This document shows, piece after piece, positions 1-9,083 of a stretch of 32,000 bases of DNA. The DNA lies in assembly GCF_000621645.1 (NCBI RefSeq), contig NZ_JHXR01000028.1, forward strand, positions 10,368 to 42,367, read 5' to 3'. Source of the DNA: Vibrio cholerae ATCC 14035 (GTDB lineage Bacteria > Pseudomonadota > Gammaproteobacteria > Enterobacterales > Vibrionaceae). The position numbers and the translations under genes were made by a program. The notes below the pieces were generated by a model, which worked only from the letters and a program-made list of their open reading frames with translations, did no database searches and was not told where the DNA came from. Numbering within the stretch: position 1 is the first letter of the stretch; every line of letters begins with the position of its first letter.

Positions 1-47
1 CCAAAGCCCACCGACAGGTTATCTATCTTCAATACCCAATCGTTCAT
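1..47 (-). CDS. yejF: ABC transporter ATP-binding protein YejF, first 15 codons only (gene runs off the left edge)
   Basis: The reverse strand reads MNDWVLKIDNLSVGF, resembling the IENLSVGF N-terminus of E. coli YejF. Its ATG (47-45) overlaps the yejE stop (46-44) as ATGA. Confidence 0.75.
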   Translation of the reverse strand, partial: MNDWVLKIDNLSVGF

Positions 48-1099
48 GCGCGGCTCCGTTGTAAATGAGGGTCAAAGGCATCACGTACCGCTTCACCGAT
101 AAAGACCAGTAAAGTCAGCATGACCGACAGCACCACAAACGCTGAAATACCAAGCCAAGGCGCTTGTAAGTTGGCTTTGCCCTGTGCGAGCAGTTCGCCC
201 AATGACGGTGAACCGGCCGGCAAGCCAAAGCCAAGAAAATCCAATGAGGTGAGAGTAGTGACTGAGCCAGAAAGAATAAACGGCATCATGGTTAACGAGG
301 CGACCATAGCGTTTGGCAACATATGGCGCAGAATAATGCGCATATCACTGACTCCCATCGCTTGTGCAGCACGTACATAATCAAAATTCCGGCAACGTAA
401 AAACTCGGCACGCACGACGCCCACCAAGCTCATCCAACTAAACAGCACCATGATGCCGAGCAACCACCAGAAATTCGGCTCAACAAAGCTCGATAAGATG
501 ATCAAAAGGAACAAGGTTGGCATGCCAGACCACACTTCAATAAAGCGCTGCCCAAACAGATCGAGCCAGCCGCCGTAATAGCCTTGCGTAGCACCGATTA
601 AAACGCCAATCAGTGACGAAATCACCGTGAGAATAAAACCAAACAACACCGAGATTCGAAAACCGTAAATGATCCGAGCTAATACGTCGCGCCCTTTATC
701 ATCTGTACCTAACCAGTTCACTGAATCCGGCGCAGAAGGCACACTGCCGGTGATATCAAAATTGATGGTGTCATAATGAAAACGGATCAGCGGCCAGATG
801 ATTTGCCCTTTCTCTTCAATCAAGCTAACCACATAGGGATCGGTGTAATCCGCTTCAGTATCAAATTCTCCACCAAATTGGGTTTCGCTATAACGCTGTA
901 CAATCGGCATGTACCACGCTCCGTCATACTGAATGAGGAGTGGCTTGTCGTTAGCGATAAGCTCAGCAAACAAGCTCACTACAAACAGCAATAAGAAAAT
1001 CCACAATGACCAAAAACCACGCCGATTGGCTTTAAATCGCGCCCAACGCGCCTCAGTCAACGGATTCGGCACACGCTTGCTTGCTTTTGTCATCCCCAT
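44..1099 (-). CDS. yejE: Peptide/microcin C ABC transporter permease YejE
   Basis: The ORF track gives 44..1102, but that start is TTG. The first ATG is at 1099 and overlaps the yejB stop (TGATG). The N-terminus ARWARFKANRRGFWSLWIFLLLF matches E. coli YejE (ARWARFRHNRRGYWSLWIFLVLF). It has a multi-TM BPD-type permease profile. Confidence 0.9.
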   Translation of the reverse strand: MGMTKASKRVPNPLTEARWARFKANRRGFWSLWIFLLLFVVSLFAELIANDKPLLIQYDGAWYMPIVQRYSETQFGGEFDTEADYTDPYVVSLIEEKGQIIWPLIRFHYDTINFDITGSVPSAPDSVNWLGTDDKGRDVLARIIYGFRISVLFGFILTVISSLIGVLIGATQGYYGGWLDLFGQRFIEVWSGMPTLFLLIILSSFVEPNFWWLLGIMVLFSWMSLVGVVRAEFLRCRNFDYVRAAQAMGVSDMRIILRHMLPNAMVASLTMMPFILSGSVTTLTSLDFLGFGLPAGSPSLGELLAQGKANLQAPWLGISAFVVLSVMLTLLVFIGEAVRDAFDPHLQRSRA

Positions 1100-2181
1100 C
1101 AACGAGCCTCAAAATCAATGCGTGGGTCAACCCACATGTAAGTCAAATCTGAAATGATGCTGAGCAACAACCCGAGCAATGTCATGATATACAACGAACT
1201 AAATACCAAAGGATAATCACGTTGGATAGTGGCTTCAAAGCCAAGTAGACCAATACCTTCCAGCGAGAACATCACTTCAATCAACATCGAACCCGTGAAG
1301 AAGATGCTGATAAATGCGCTCGGAAATCCGGCAATGATGATCAACATGGCATTACGAAACACATGTTTGTAGAGAATGCGCCGTTCATCCAACCCCTTCG
1401 CGCGCGCGGTGACCACATATTGCTTGTTAATCTCATCTAAAAACGAGTTTTTGGTGAGCATGCTTAACGTAGCAAAACCGCCAATGACCATGGCTAATGT
1501 GGGTAACGTGAGGTGCCAAAAGTAATCGAGCACTTGTTGATACCAAGGCAAGCTGGCGAAGTTATCGGAAACTAAACCGCGCAGCGGAAACCAACTGAAA
1601 TAGTTGCCGCTGGCAAAGAGGATAATCAAGATGATCGCAAACAGAAATCCGGGGATAGCGTAGCCAATGATCACCACCGCACTCGACCAAACATCAAAAC
1701 GCGAGCCGTGATGAATCGCTTTGCTGATCCCCAAAGGAATCGAAATCAGATAGATCAGCAGCGTGCTCCACAATCCGAGGGAAATGGAAACCGGTAATCG
1801 CTCCACAATCAAGTCAATCACATCGCCGCCACGAAATAAGCTTTCGCCAAAATTAAACGTGGCGTAATCCTTAAGCATCTGGAAATAGCGTTCATGGATG
1901 GGCTTATCAAAGCCAAAACGACGGGTGATCTCTTCGACCACTTGCGGATCAAGTCCACGTGAACCTTTATAACCAGAAACCGACGCATCCGTCGGCGCCG
2001 CGACTTCTTGCCCGCCTCCCGTAAAACGCTCCATGACGCCGGAGGTGTTACCTTCCAACTGAGCAATGGCCTGCTCTACTGGGCCCCCAGGAGCAATCTG
2101 AATAATAAAAAAGTTAATGGTGATGATGGCCCACAATGTGGGCACCACCAGTAACAAACGGCGCAGAATATAACTGAGCAT
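1099..2181 (-). CDS. yejB: Peptide/microcin C ABC transporter permease YejB
   Basis: 360 aa DppB/OppB-type permease ([28 protein letters not shown]...). It is tightly packed between yejA and yejE. Confidence 0.9.
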   Translation of the reverse strand: MLSYILRRLLLVVPTLWAIITINFFIIQIAPGGPVEQAIAQLEGNTSGVMERFTGGGQEVAAPTDASVSGYKGSRGLDPQVVEEITRRFGFDKPIHERYFQMLKDYATFNFGESLFRGGDVIDLIVERLPVSISLGLWSTLLIYLISIPLGISKAIHHGSRFDVWSSAVVIIGYAIPGFLFAIILIILFASGNYFSWFPLRGLVSDNFASLPWYQQVLDYFWHLTLPTLAMVIGGFATLSMLTKNSFLDEINKQYVVTARAKGLDERRILYKHVFRNAMLIIIAGFPSAFISIFFTGSMLIEVMFSLEGIGLLGFEATIQRDYPLVFSSLYIMTLLGLLLSIISDLTYMWVDPRIDFEAR

Positions 2182-2189
2182 TGCGCCTC

Positions 2190-4007
2190 CTAACGCCGTT
2201 TTTCAGGTAGCCGCGCGGCTTTCTCTTGATCTATCCACCAGGTGTCTAAACCAAGAGAATATTTCGGTAGCACACTTGGGCGGCTGAATTTATCCCACAT
2301 CGCCACACGGTACATACTCAAATGCCATTGCGGAATGATGTAGAAATTCCATTGCAACACGCGATCGAGTGCTGAACCCAGTGCGCGAAGTTTTTCGGTA
2401 TCTTGCTGGCTTTTGGCTATTTGTTCGGTCAGAGCATCAAGCACCGGATGATTGGCCCCCGCTGAGTTGTAGCTGGAGTCCATATAATTGGAATTCCAGA
2501 CAATCAGTAGATTCGGGCTCGGGTAAGGATTCGCGCTAAAGCCGTGCGATATCATGTCAAAATCACGATCACGCAGACGTTTGGTGTATTGCGTGGTGTC
2601 GACCGTGCGGATCTTCATCTCAATCCCCATGAGTTGCAGATTTTTTTGCAGAGGAATCGCAATTCGCTCCGTTGTTGGACTGTAAATCAGCAGTTCAAAA
2701 CTGAGTGGCTCACCAGTCTTGACGTTGGTCATCACCTTATTTTTCAGCTCCCATCCCGCTTCTTTCAGCAAGGCAAATGCTTCGCGCATTTGGGTGCGAA
2801 TTCGTCCGCTGCCATCGGTCACGGAAGGCTGATAAGTTTCCGTAAATACCCGAGCGGGTAGTTGTTCTTTGTAAGGGGTGAGCACAGCAAGTTCTGCGGC
2901 ATTCGGCAGACCTTGAGCCTCGTATTCGGTGTTTTGGAAATAGCTGCGGGTTCGCTGGTATTGATCGTAGAACAGGTTTTTGTTCATCCATTCAAAGTCT
3001 AAGGCGTAGTTGAGTGCCTCACGGACTCGAACATCTTGGAACACAGGACGCTGTGTATTGAAAATAAATCCCTGAGTAGAGGCTGGCGCTTGGTGAGCAA
3101 TTTCCTCTTTCTTAATCAAACCTTGGTCAAAATTACGCCCAGTGTAAGAGGTCGCCCAGAACTTGGCTTGGTTCTCTTCACGTAAATCAAACTCACCCGC
3201 TTTAAACGCCTCCAGCATCACGGTGTCATCGCGATAGTAGTCGTACTGGATCTGGGCGAAGTTGTTGCGCCCAACGTTGACCGGCAAATCTTTTGCCCAA
3301 TAGTCCGGATTCAGTTTATAGGTCACACTTTGACCGGGTTTGAAATCGACAATTTGATAAGCCCCACTCCCAACGGGAGGCTCATTGAGCGGCTCGGCCA
3401 AATTCTTGTATTGCCAGTAATGTTTGGGTAAGACTCGGGTCGATTGCGCCAAGCTAAATAACTGTTCACGGTTTGGCTGCTTCATTTCAATGCGTACTGT
3501 CCGCTCAGCAATGGCTTTCACGGATTTTACATCCTGATAATACACTCGATATTGCGGGACACCTTCGGCCATAAACTTCTCAAAAGAGAACTCCACATCC
3601 TGCGCGGTGATCGGTTTGCCATCATGGAAACGCGCATTCGGATTGAGATCAATTTCCAGCCAAGTGAAATCATCGGAATAGCGAATTTTACTGGCAATCA
3701 AGGGATAGTAAGAGTCAATTTCATCCGCAGGAGAAAACATGAGAGGATCATACAGCTCTGCGGTATTGGCCGCCGCCACGCCACGTGAAGCAAAACGGTT
3801 AAAGTTGTCGTATGTGCCCAACTCACCGAAGGTCACTTTGCCGTATTTGGGGGCTTGTGGGTTGACATAATCAAAGTGCGTAAAGTTTTCTGGGTATTTA
3901 GCTTCCCCAAACCCAACCAGCCGAGTGGTTTCTATCACGGCCGCCCAACTGAATTGGCTCGATAACGCGAGCGTCACTCCTAAAGCAATCGGCTTCCAAC
4001 TGCGCAT
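2190..4007 (-). CDS. yejA: Periplasmic substrate-binding protein YejA (family 5 SBP)
   Basis: The ORF track starts at a GTG (4025). The ATG at 4007 is preceded by GAGGGAG 7 nt upstream and gives [22 protein letters not shown], a signal peptide. About 605 aa, as expected for YejA. It is the first gene of the yejABEF operon. Confidence 0.9.
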   Translation of the reverse strand: MRSWKPIALGVTLALSSQFSWAAVIETTRLVGFGEAKYPENFTHFDYVNPQAPKYGKVTFGELGTYDNFNRFASRGVAAANTAELYDPLMFSPADEIDSYYPLIASKIRYSDDFTWLEIDLNPNARFHDGKPITAQDVEFSFEKFMAEGVPQYRVYYQDVKSVKAIAERTVRIEMKQPNREQLFSLAQSTRVLPKHYWQYKNLAEPLNEPPVGSGAYQIVDFKPGQSVTYKLNPDYWAKDLPVNVGRNNFAQIQYDYYRDDTVMLEAFKAGEFDLREENQAKFWATSYTGRNFDQGLIKKEEIAHQAPASTQGFIFNTQRPVFQDVRVREALNYALDFEWMNKNLFYDQYQRTRSYFQNTEYEAQGLPNAAELAVLTPYKEQLPARVFTETYQPSVTDGSGRIRTQMREAFALLKEAGWELKNKVMTNVKTGEPLSFELLIYSPTTERIAIPLQKNLQLMGIEMKIRTVDTTQYTKRLRDRDFDMISHGFSANPYPSPNLLIVWNSNYMDSSYNSAGANHPVLDALTEQIAKSQQDTEKLRALGSALDRVLQWNFYIIPQWHLSMYRVAMWDKFSRPSVLPKYSLGLDTWWIDQEKAARLPEKRR

Positions 4008-4043
4008 GGCTTTCTCCCTCAACACGACGTAAACAGATAATCA

Positions 4044-4106
4044 ATACCTTCCCATTTGAAGCTGCAGCCAAGTTAGCGGCATTCAACGTCAAATCGTTTG
4101 GGTATA
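4044..4106. repeat. Short-form ERIC/IRU element (central part missing), about 63 bp
   Basis: ataccttcccatttgaagctgcagccaagttagc...tcaaatcgtttgggtata matches both termini of the full ERIC copies at 24709 and 30596 (tatacccttcctacttgaagctgcagcggtgttggc ... ccaagtagtttgggtata). Confidence 0.7.
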
Positions 4107-4145
4107 AGACATTTGAAATTATTAATAATTCAGTTACTTGGATAG

Positions 4146-4222
4146 TATAGTCACAAACTACTTGAAGTGGCAGGTCGGCGGCAAGTGAGTTCAGGGGAAA
4201 TTCTTCCCCTGAAAATGTGATC
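4146..4222. repeat. Truncated or rearranged ERIC/IRU element
   Basis: tatagtcacaaactacttgaagtggcaggtcggcggcaagtgagttca matches the left 45 bp of the copy at 30596 (cccaaactacttggagttgcaggtaggcggcaagtgagttca). The core is replaced by a perfect 10-bp hairpin, ttcaggggaa-attc-ttcccctgaa (4190-4213). The element ends at aatgtgatca, next to the Nudix stop codon. Confidence 0.6.
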
Positions 4223-4743
4223 AATGAAGGGTTTTAGCAATTAACCGTAAAAGGTAGGTTTCACGCTCAATGCTCATGCCTTTGCGTGAATCATTGAGCA
4301 GGGTTTGCTCGTTATGAGCAATCGCTTCGTGGATGTTCACCCACATAGGTTTCATGCCATTACGTTGCTCGTAGTTTTCAAGCTGGGTCTGACCCAGTTT
4401 TTCATCCACCTCACAGCAATAACAATAAGACACCATGTGGATCACATCCGCTTCTTGCTGTTTATGCCAAGGGCGAAATTCTTGGTATAAGCCAAAGGGT
4501 TGGATGTTGCGGACATTTTGCGCCCCGGTCTCTTCTTGCAGCTCGCGGATCATGCCCATCAGCACATCTTCATTGCTTTCTAATCCACCACCGGGCAAAG
4601 AATAATCGTGGTAACGCTCAGTGTAGAGGAGCAAAATGCGTTCACCGCGCATAGCAATCGCGCGAGCGGCTTTACGTTGCATAATTCGCTGCTGGTTCAA
4701 CGGTTTAATATCAGGGTGTATAGCGACATATAGAGGTTTCATC
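4221..4743 (-). CDS. Nudix (MutT-family) hydrolase
   Basis: Nudix box GGGLESNEDVLMGMIRELQEETG (GX5EX7REUXEEXGU). The ATG at 4743 (MKPLYVAIH...) is preferred over the track start at 4781 because GGAGAG lies 5 nt upstream. Confidence 0.85.
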
Positions 4744-4783
4744 GGCTCTCCTTTTCCAACGGTTTTGAGCGATGCTAACACAT

Positions 4784-4816
4784 CAAAAAGTCGAAGACCC
4801 TGATAAATCAGGGTCT
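4784..4816 (-). terminator. Rho-independent terminator after the DHH/DHHA1 gene
   Basis: The minus strand reads agaccctga-ttta-tcagggtct followed by tcgacttttt. It lies 19 nt downstream of the stop at 4835. Confidence 0.65.
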
Positions 4817-4834
4817 ATTTGCGCTGAATCAAAT

Positions 4835-5767
4835 TTAACCATCCGCATTGATCTGGGTGATCAAGGCTTTTTCGACGCGATCCGCATCTTCAATCGCGAT
4901 CTGGCAGGTACCTGCGGCAGCGTGTCCACCCCCACCATATTTGAGCATCAATTCACCGATATTGGTTCTCGAGCTGCGATCGAAAATCGATTTTCCGGTG
5001 GCGAACACGATGTTCTGTTTCTGGAATCCCCACATTTTATGAATAGAAATATTGCACTGCGGATAAAGGGCATAAATGATAAAACGGTTCCCTGCATAGA
5101 TGGTTTCTTCTTCTGTAAGATCAAGCAACACCAGATTTTGGTAAACCTTACCACAGCGCTGGATCTGCTCTTTAAACAAGGTTTCATGTTTACGGTACAG
5201 TTCTACCCGTTCTTTCACATCTGGTAGTTGCAGGATTTCGTCAATCGATGCGTGAGTGCAGTGATCAATCAATGCCATCATTAAGTTGTAATTAGAGATC
5301 CGGAAATTGTGGAAACGTCCAAGACCCGTCCGAGCATCCATCAAAAAGTTGAGCAAATTCCAGCCCGTAGAATCTAAGACCTCATCGCGGGTAAATTGCG
5401 CCGAATCCCCTTTATCTACCGCCTCCATCATTTCAACCCATTCAAACGGAAAGGTTTTGGTTCCGCCGTAGTGCTCCCACACCACACGCGCGGCCGAAGG
5501 CGCATTCGGGTTAATAATGTGATTCGGTCTCTCGCCTTTATTTCTGAGGGTTTCTGAGTGGTGATGATCAAATACCAAATGCGCGTTGGCGACATAAGGT
5601 AAGTTAGTGATGATGTCTCGCTCCGTGATCGGGACTTTACCATCTTGCATATCTTTCGGATGGACAAACTGGATGTCATCAATCAGCTCGATACTTTTGA
5701 GCAAAACTGCACACACCAAACCATCAAAATCACTGCGTGTCACTAATCGATACTTGAGTGATGACAT
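4835..5767 (-). CDS. Stand-alone DHH/DHHA1 phosphoesterase (NrnA-like; candidate pGpG-specific phosphodiesterase PggH)
   Basis: 310 aa with DHH motifs DFDG (motif I) and FDHHHSE (motif III) and the DHHA1 motif GGGGHAAAG near the C-terminus. RBS GAGGGAAG lies 3 nt before the ATG. Confidence 0.8.
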   Translation of the reverse strand: MSSLKYRLVTRSDFDGLVCAVLLKSIELIDDIQFVHPKDMQDGKVPITERDIITNLPYVANAHLVFDHHHSETLRNKGERPNHIINPNAPSAARVVWEHYGGTKTFPFEWVEMMEAVDKGDSAQFTRDEVLDSTGWNLLNFLMDARTGLGRFHNFRISNYNLMMALIDHCTHASIDEILQLPDVKERVELYRKHETLFKEQIQRCGKVYQNLVLLDLTEEETIYAGNRFIIYALYPQCNISIHKMWGFQKQNIVFATGKSIFDRSSRTNIGELMLKYGGGGHAAAGTCQIAIEDADRVEKALITQINADG

Positions 5768-6006
5768 GTTCTTCCCTCTTCAAAGCTTTGAGATCCCTGC
5801 CCATTAGAAACACCCTGTTGCACCATATACATTGACGTCTTAACGGCCAATCATGGGATACCAAACCTAAAATGAAACAAAAATGTTGTTTATTTGAGCT
5901 TTTATTAATTGTAGACAGCATCAATCTTTTGACAAATCTGACATATAGCAAAAAATTAATTTTGTAGAATACTGATATGCAACCCGTAACAAAAAATGGA
6001 GAAAGC

Positions 6007-6258
6007 ATGAATAAAACCGCCCTATTACTCACTGTTGTTGGTGCCGTTCTGCTCACTGGCTGTGCGCGCCAAGAGAATGAGTACACCGTTAAGGAATACA
6101 CTTCTATGGCAAACCCAGCTTCCGTTTACTGTGTGGAGCAAGGGGGTCAGTTGGAGATGGTGACAGAGAATGAGCAACGCGTCACTTACTGCGTGACCAA
6201 AGATGGTGAGAAAATCGAACAGTGGGAATATTTTCGCCAAAACCATGACCAACAATAG
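6007..6258 (+). CDS. Small lipoprotein, DUF333 (putative hemolysin-like) family
   Basis: MNKTALLLTVVGAVLLTGC has a lipobox (LLTG|C). MANPASVYCVEQGG is the DUF333 signature as I recall it. GGAG lies 6 nt upstream of the ATG at 6007; the track start at 5977 has no RBS. Confidence 0.75.
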   Translation: MNKTALLLTVVGAVLLTGCARQENEYTVKEYTSMANPASVYCVEQGGQLEMVTENEQRVTYCVTKDGEKIEQWEYFRQNHDQQ

Positions 6259-6280
6259 TCACCGCCGGTTGGGATAGATG

Positions 6281-6306
6281 AGGCAGCTAAGCTGCCTTTT
6301 TGGTTT
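6281..6306 (+). terminator. Rho-independent terminator (can serve both convergent genes)
   Basis: aggcagc-taa-gctgcct followed by ttttt, between the lipoprotein stop (6258) and the DUF218 stop (6340). Confidence 0.7.
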
Positions 6307-6339
6307 TCATTGGCGCGCTTTCGGTTAGCGCACTTTCGG

Positions 6340-7293
6340 TTAGCGCTTCCACCAACGTCCTGAACGTTCGAGCTCGGGATCGCACAAACGGTTCAATAAC
6401 GTCAGTTCAGTATCCAAGATAGCCAACGCTTCACAAAACGACTGCTGATCTATCTGACTGTCCATGGTGGAATGATTTACCGCTAGGCTATGGTTAACTT
6501 GCTCATGGTTAACGTGCTCATGACTAACTTGACCATGCTGAATCTGGTAAACCGTGGACTCCACGACGGTTTCAATCACATCGAGCAATGACAGTAATCT
6601 GGGCTCTTCACTCATGGTGTGGCGAAGTTCGGCGATCGCTTTTTGCGCAATCCAATAAGGCTGCTGCTGAACTTGCGTGAGCGACCTTTGGAAAGCGTTT
6701 GCCACGACGCCTTCAAGAAAAACACGATAAGTCGTCAGTTCATCGACCCACAAAAAACGTAAGCCTTGCGGGTTTTGGTGAGGATACGGCACGCAAAGAT
6801 GAGCCTTAAGATCGCGCGCTATCTCTAACCGGACGCCAGACTGCGCACAGCGCTCAATCAACTTACGTAACAAGCCTTGTTCATCCATCAGTTGCTGGAT
6901 TTCAAAAATTCGTTTGAGGTGATAGTCATTGGATACCAAGGTCAAGGCAAGTGTTTCACCGCGCTGCACAACACCACTTTCCAATAATACCTGCGCCACA
7001 TGCTCAATATTTTCCACTGTGCTGGTGGATTCTTGCTCAAGCAGTACATCGATTTGTGGGAATGACAGCCCTAATTGTTGGCGACGTTGCTCAAAATACT
7101 CATGCATTCGCTTTGCTTCAGACACCGTCTGACCGAGAGTAATGCCCCCGCAAAAGACCACTCGTGCCGCCGTATTTTCGTGACACTGTAACGCAGAGAT
7201 CAATCCATCGACGCGGCTTTTGCCTTCTAATGTCAGTTGGTTAGCATTAAGACGTTTACCAAGCACCACATAAATCGGACACACTGCTGACAT
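6340..7293 (-). CDS. DUF218 (YdcF/SanA/ElyC-like) domain protein with a roughly 160-aa uncharacterised C-terminal extension
   Basis: The N-terminal half (VVLGKRLNANQLTLEGKSRVDGLISAL...VVFCGGITLGQTVSEAKRMHEYF...LVSNDYHLKRI) has the DUF218 pattern. I recognise no motif in the C-terminal half. It contains a His-rich pentapeptide repeat. Confidence 0.65.
   Translation of the reverse strand: MSAVCPIYVVLGKRLNANQLTLEGKSRVDGLISALQCHENTAARVVFCGGITLGQTVSEAKRMHEYFEQRRQQLGLSFPQIDVLLEQESTSTVENIEHVAQVLLESGVVQRGETLALTLVSNDYHLKRIFEIQQLMDEQGLLRKLIERCAQSGVRLEIARDLKAHLCVPYPHQNPQGLRFLWVDELTTYRVFLEGVVANAFQRSLTQVQQQPYWIAQKAIAELRHTMSEEPRLLSLLDVIETVVESTVYQIQHGQVSHEHVNHEQVNHSLAVNHSTMDSQIDQQSFCEALAILDTELTLLNRLCDPELERSGRWWKR
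6490..6534. repeat. In-frame 15-bp tandem repeat x3 inside the DUF218 gene
   Basis: atggttaacttgctc / atggttaacgtgctc / atgactaacttgacc. On the minus strand this encodes GQVSH-EHVNH-EQVNH. Confidence 0.9.
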
Positions 7294-7511
7294 TCAATCT
7301 TGCCTCTCTGACGTTCAGTATTAGAAACCGGTATAGGAAAATAAATTCATTCTCCCCTCATCACCGACCAACACCACCCAATCGTTGCGATAGAGAAAAT
7401 GAGTGCATCACGGATTTTTTCTGCCATAATCGCGCCCTTATTTTATTAGATGCTGATGTAAACACTTAGTTTAGAGATATACACCAGCTTAATGCAAAGA
7501 AACAGACCGAT

Positions 7512-8984
7512 ATGTGGAATAGACTCAATAAATCAATGATGTTCTGCCAAATGATGTTTGGCCTCTCGTTCTACGGCGTTATGGTGATCTTAACTCGCTT
7601 CTTCTTGGAAGATCTCAACTACAGCGAAGCCGATACCATGATGGTCGTGGGTGCATTCTCGTCGATTGGGCCCCTGTTTGCCATCGCCGGAGGCTTTATT
7701 GCCGATAAATTTCTCGGTGCGTATCGTTCATTGGCCATTTCCTACGTAACGTTTGCGATCGGTTACGCTTTATTGGTTTTGGGTGCGTCATCCACCCATG
7801 TTCCTTTAAGTCTGGTTGGCATCGCTTTGGCCAGCTACGCTCGCGGCTTAATGTCACCTTCTTATCCAAGCTTGTACAAACGTACTTTTGCCAGTGAAGA
7901 AGATTTCAATAATGGCTATCCCGTAAACTATTCGGTCAACAACGTCGGCGCACTTTTGGGACAATACCTGTTTCCAATGCTAGTGTTGCTGCTGGGTTTT
8001 CACGGCAGCTTCGCGCTTTCTGCATTAATGGCAACCTTAGCCACCATCACCCTAGTGGTGATGCGTCGTCCACTGATTGAAGTGGCCAGCGAGAAAGATC
8101 AGCAATCCGTCAGCATGGGCAATTGGATAGCGTTCACCCTACTTTCATTAGCGATGGTTGGGTTGGTTTTCTTCATGTTTTCCAACATGGTGATTGGCCA
8201 AAACATCGTGTATGCGATTGGGCTTGCGGCGATTGTCTATTTCATCAATTTGATGTTGAAAGCTCGCCGCGCGGAAGCTCTCAAAATGGGCACCATCTTG
8301 ATTGTGACGGTGCTGACCACCTGCTTCTTTGTGTATTACGGGCAAATGATGACCTCAATGACCATGGTCACGATTAATACCATGCGCGGCGAGCTGTTTG
8401 GCATCATCCCGATTGCGCCGGAAGCCTCGATGGCCATGAATCCACTCTGGTGTATCGTGGCAGGTCCCGTCATTTCCTATCTGTTTCCTACACTAGAAAA
8501 GCGTGGCATTACCTTCTCAACCGCAACCAAAATCGCGTTTGCCTTTGTGCTAACCGCTATTTCATTTGGCATTCTGACGTTTGCCGTTTCCACCGTTGGT
8601 GAAGAGGCAATTATCCGCCCAGAAGTGTTCTTGGTGATCCATTTCTTCCAAGCGTTTGCCGAAGTCGTGGTGGGAAGCTTAGTGGTGGCGTTTATTCTGT
8701 CCGTTGCCCCCAAGCAGATTGAGAACTTCTCAGTGAGCTTGTTTTATATTGCGATGGCGCTCAGTGGCATTATTGGCGCGGTGTTCTCGACTTCCATCGC
8801 GTTAGAAAAAGGCCAAGTGGTGACGCAGCAGATCGTACAGATCATTTACGGCGACTACTTCAAACTGCTAACGGTACTCGCAGTCGTCATGGTGGGTGTG
8901 GCTCTGCTTGCATCTGTCCTGATCCGTAAAATGCTTGCCGCCGCAGATGTGAATTCACCAAGTATCCAAGATAAGCAAGCTTAA
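7512..8984 (+). CDS. POT/PTR2-family (MFS) peptide transporter homologue, atypical
   Basis: 490 aa and multi-TM. FYGVMVILTRFFLEDLNYSEADTMMVVGAFSSIGPLFAIAGGFIADKFLGAYRS parallels E. coli DtpA ([30 protein letters not shown]...IGGWLGDKVLGTKR). An in-frame TAG 39 nt upstream fixes 7512 as the first ATG. Confidence 0.8.
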   Translation: MWNRLNKSMMFCQMMFGLSFYGVMVILTRFFLEDLNYSEADTMMVVGAFSSIGPLFAIAGGFIADKFLGAYRSLAISYVTFAIGYALLVLGASSTHVPLSLVGIALASYARGLMSPSYPSLYKRTFASEEDFNNGYPVNYSVNNVGALLGQYLFPMLVLLLGFHGSFALSALMATLATITLVVMRRPLIEVASEKDQQSVSMGNWIAFTLLSLAMVGLVFFMFSNMVIGQNIVYAIGLAAIVYFINLMLKARRAEALKMGTILIVTVLTTCFFVYYGQMMTSMTMVTINTMRGELFGIIPIAPEASMAMNPLWCIVAGPVISYLFPTLEKRGITFSTATKIAFAFVLTAISFGILTFAVSTVGEEAIIRPEVFLVIHFFQAFAEVVVGSLVVAFILSVAPKQIENFSVSLFYIAMALSGIIGAVFSTSIALEKGQVVTQQIVQIIYGDYFKLLTVLAVVMVGVALLASVLIRKMLAAADVNSPSIQDKQA

Positions 8985-9045
8985 CAAGTGGTGAATCAGA
9001 CCATCGCACAAACCAGAGATGGCAATGCGACTGCTGATGATTGAT

Positions 9046-9071
9046 GAAATGGCCTGCGGGCCATTTCTTTT
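9046..9071 (+). terminator. Bidirectional rho-independent terminator between the POT and EamA genes
   Basis: gaaatggcc-tgcg-ggccatttc followed by tttt. An A-rich run sits on the other side. Confidence 0.7.
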
Positions 9072-9083
9072 ATCCAGTTATTC

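Noticed and set aside
3898-4224. 108-aa minus-strand ORF covering the yejA start and the yejA/Nudix spacer
   Set aside because: It runs through two ERIC-derived repeats, overlaps the yejA signal-peptide codons in another frame, and has no RBS. It is an artefact of repeat sequence lacking stops.
5730-6101. 123-aa minus-strand ORF across the DHH/lipoprotein divergent promoter region
   Set aside because: It overlaps the 5' ends of two well-supported genes, lies in an AT-rich promoter region, and has no SD and no recognisable motif.
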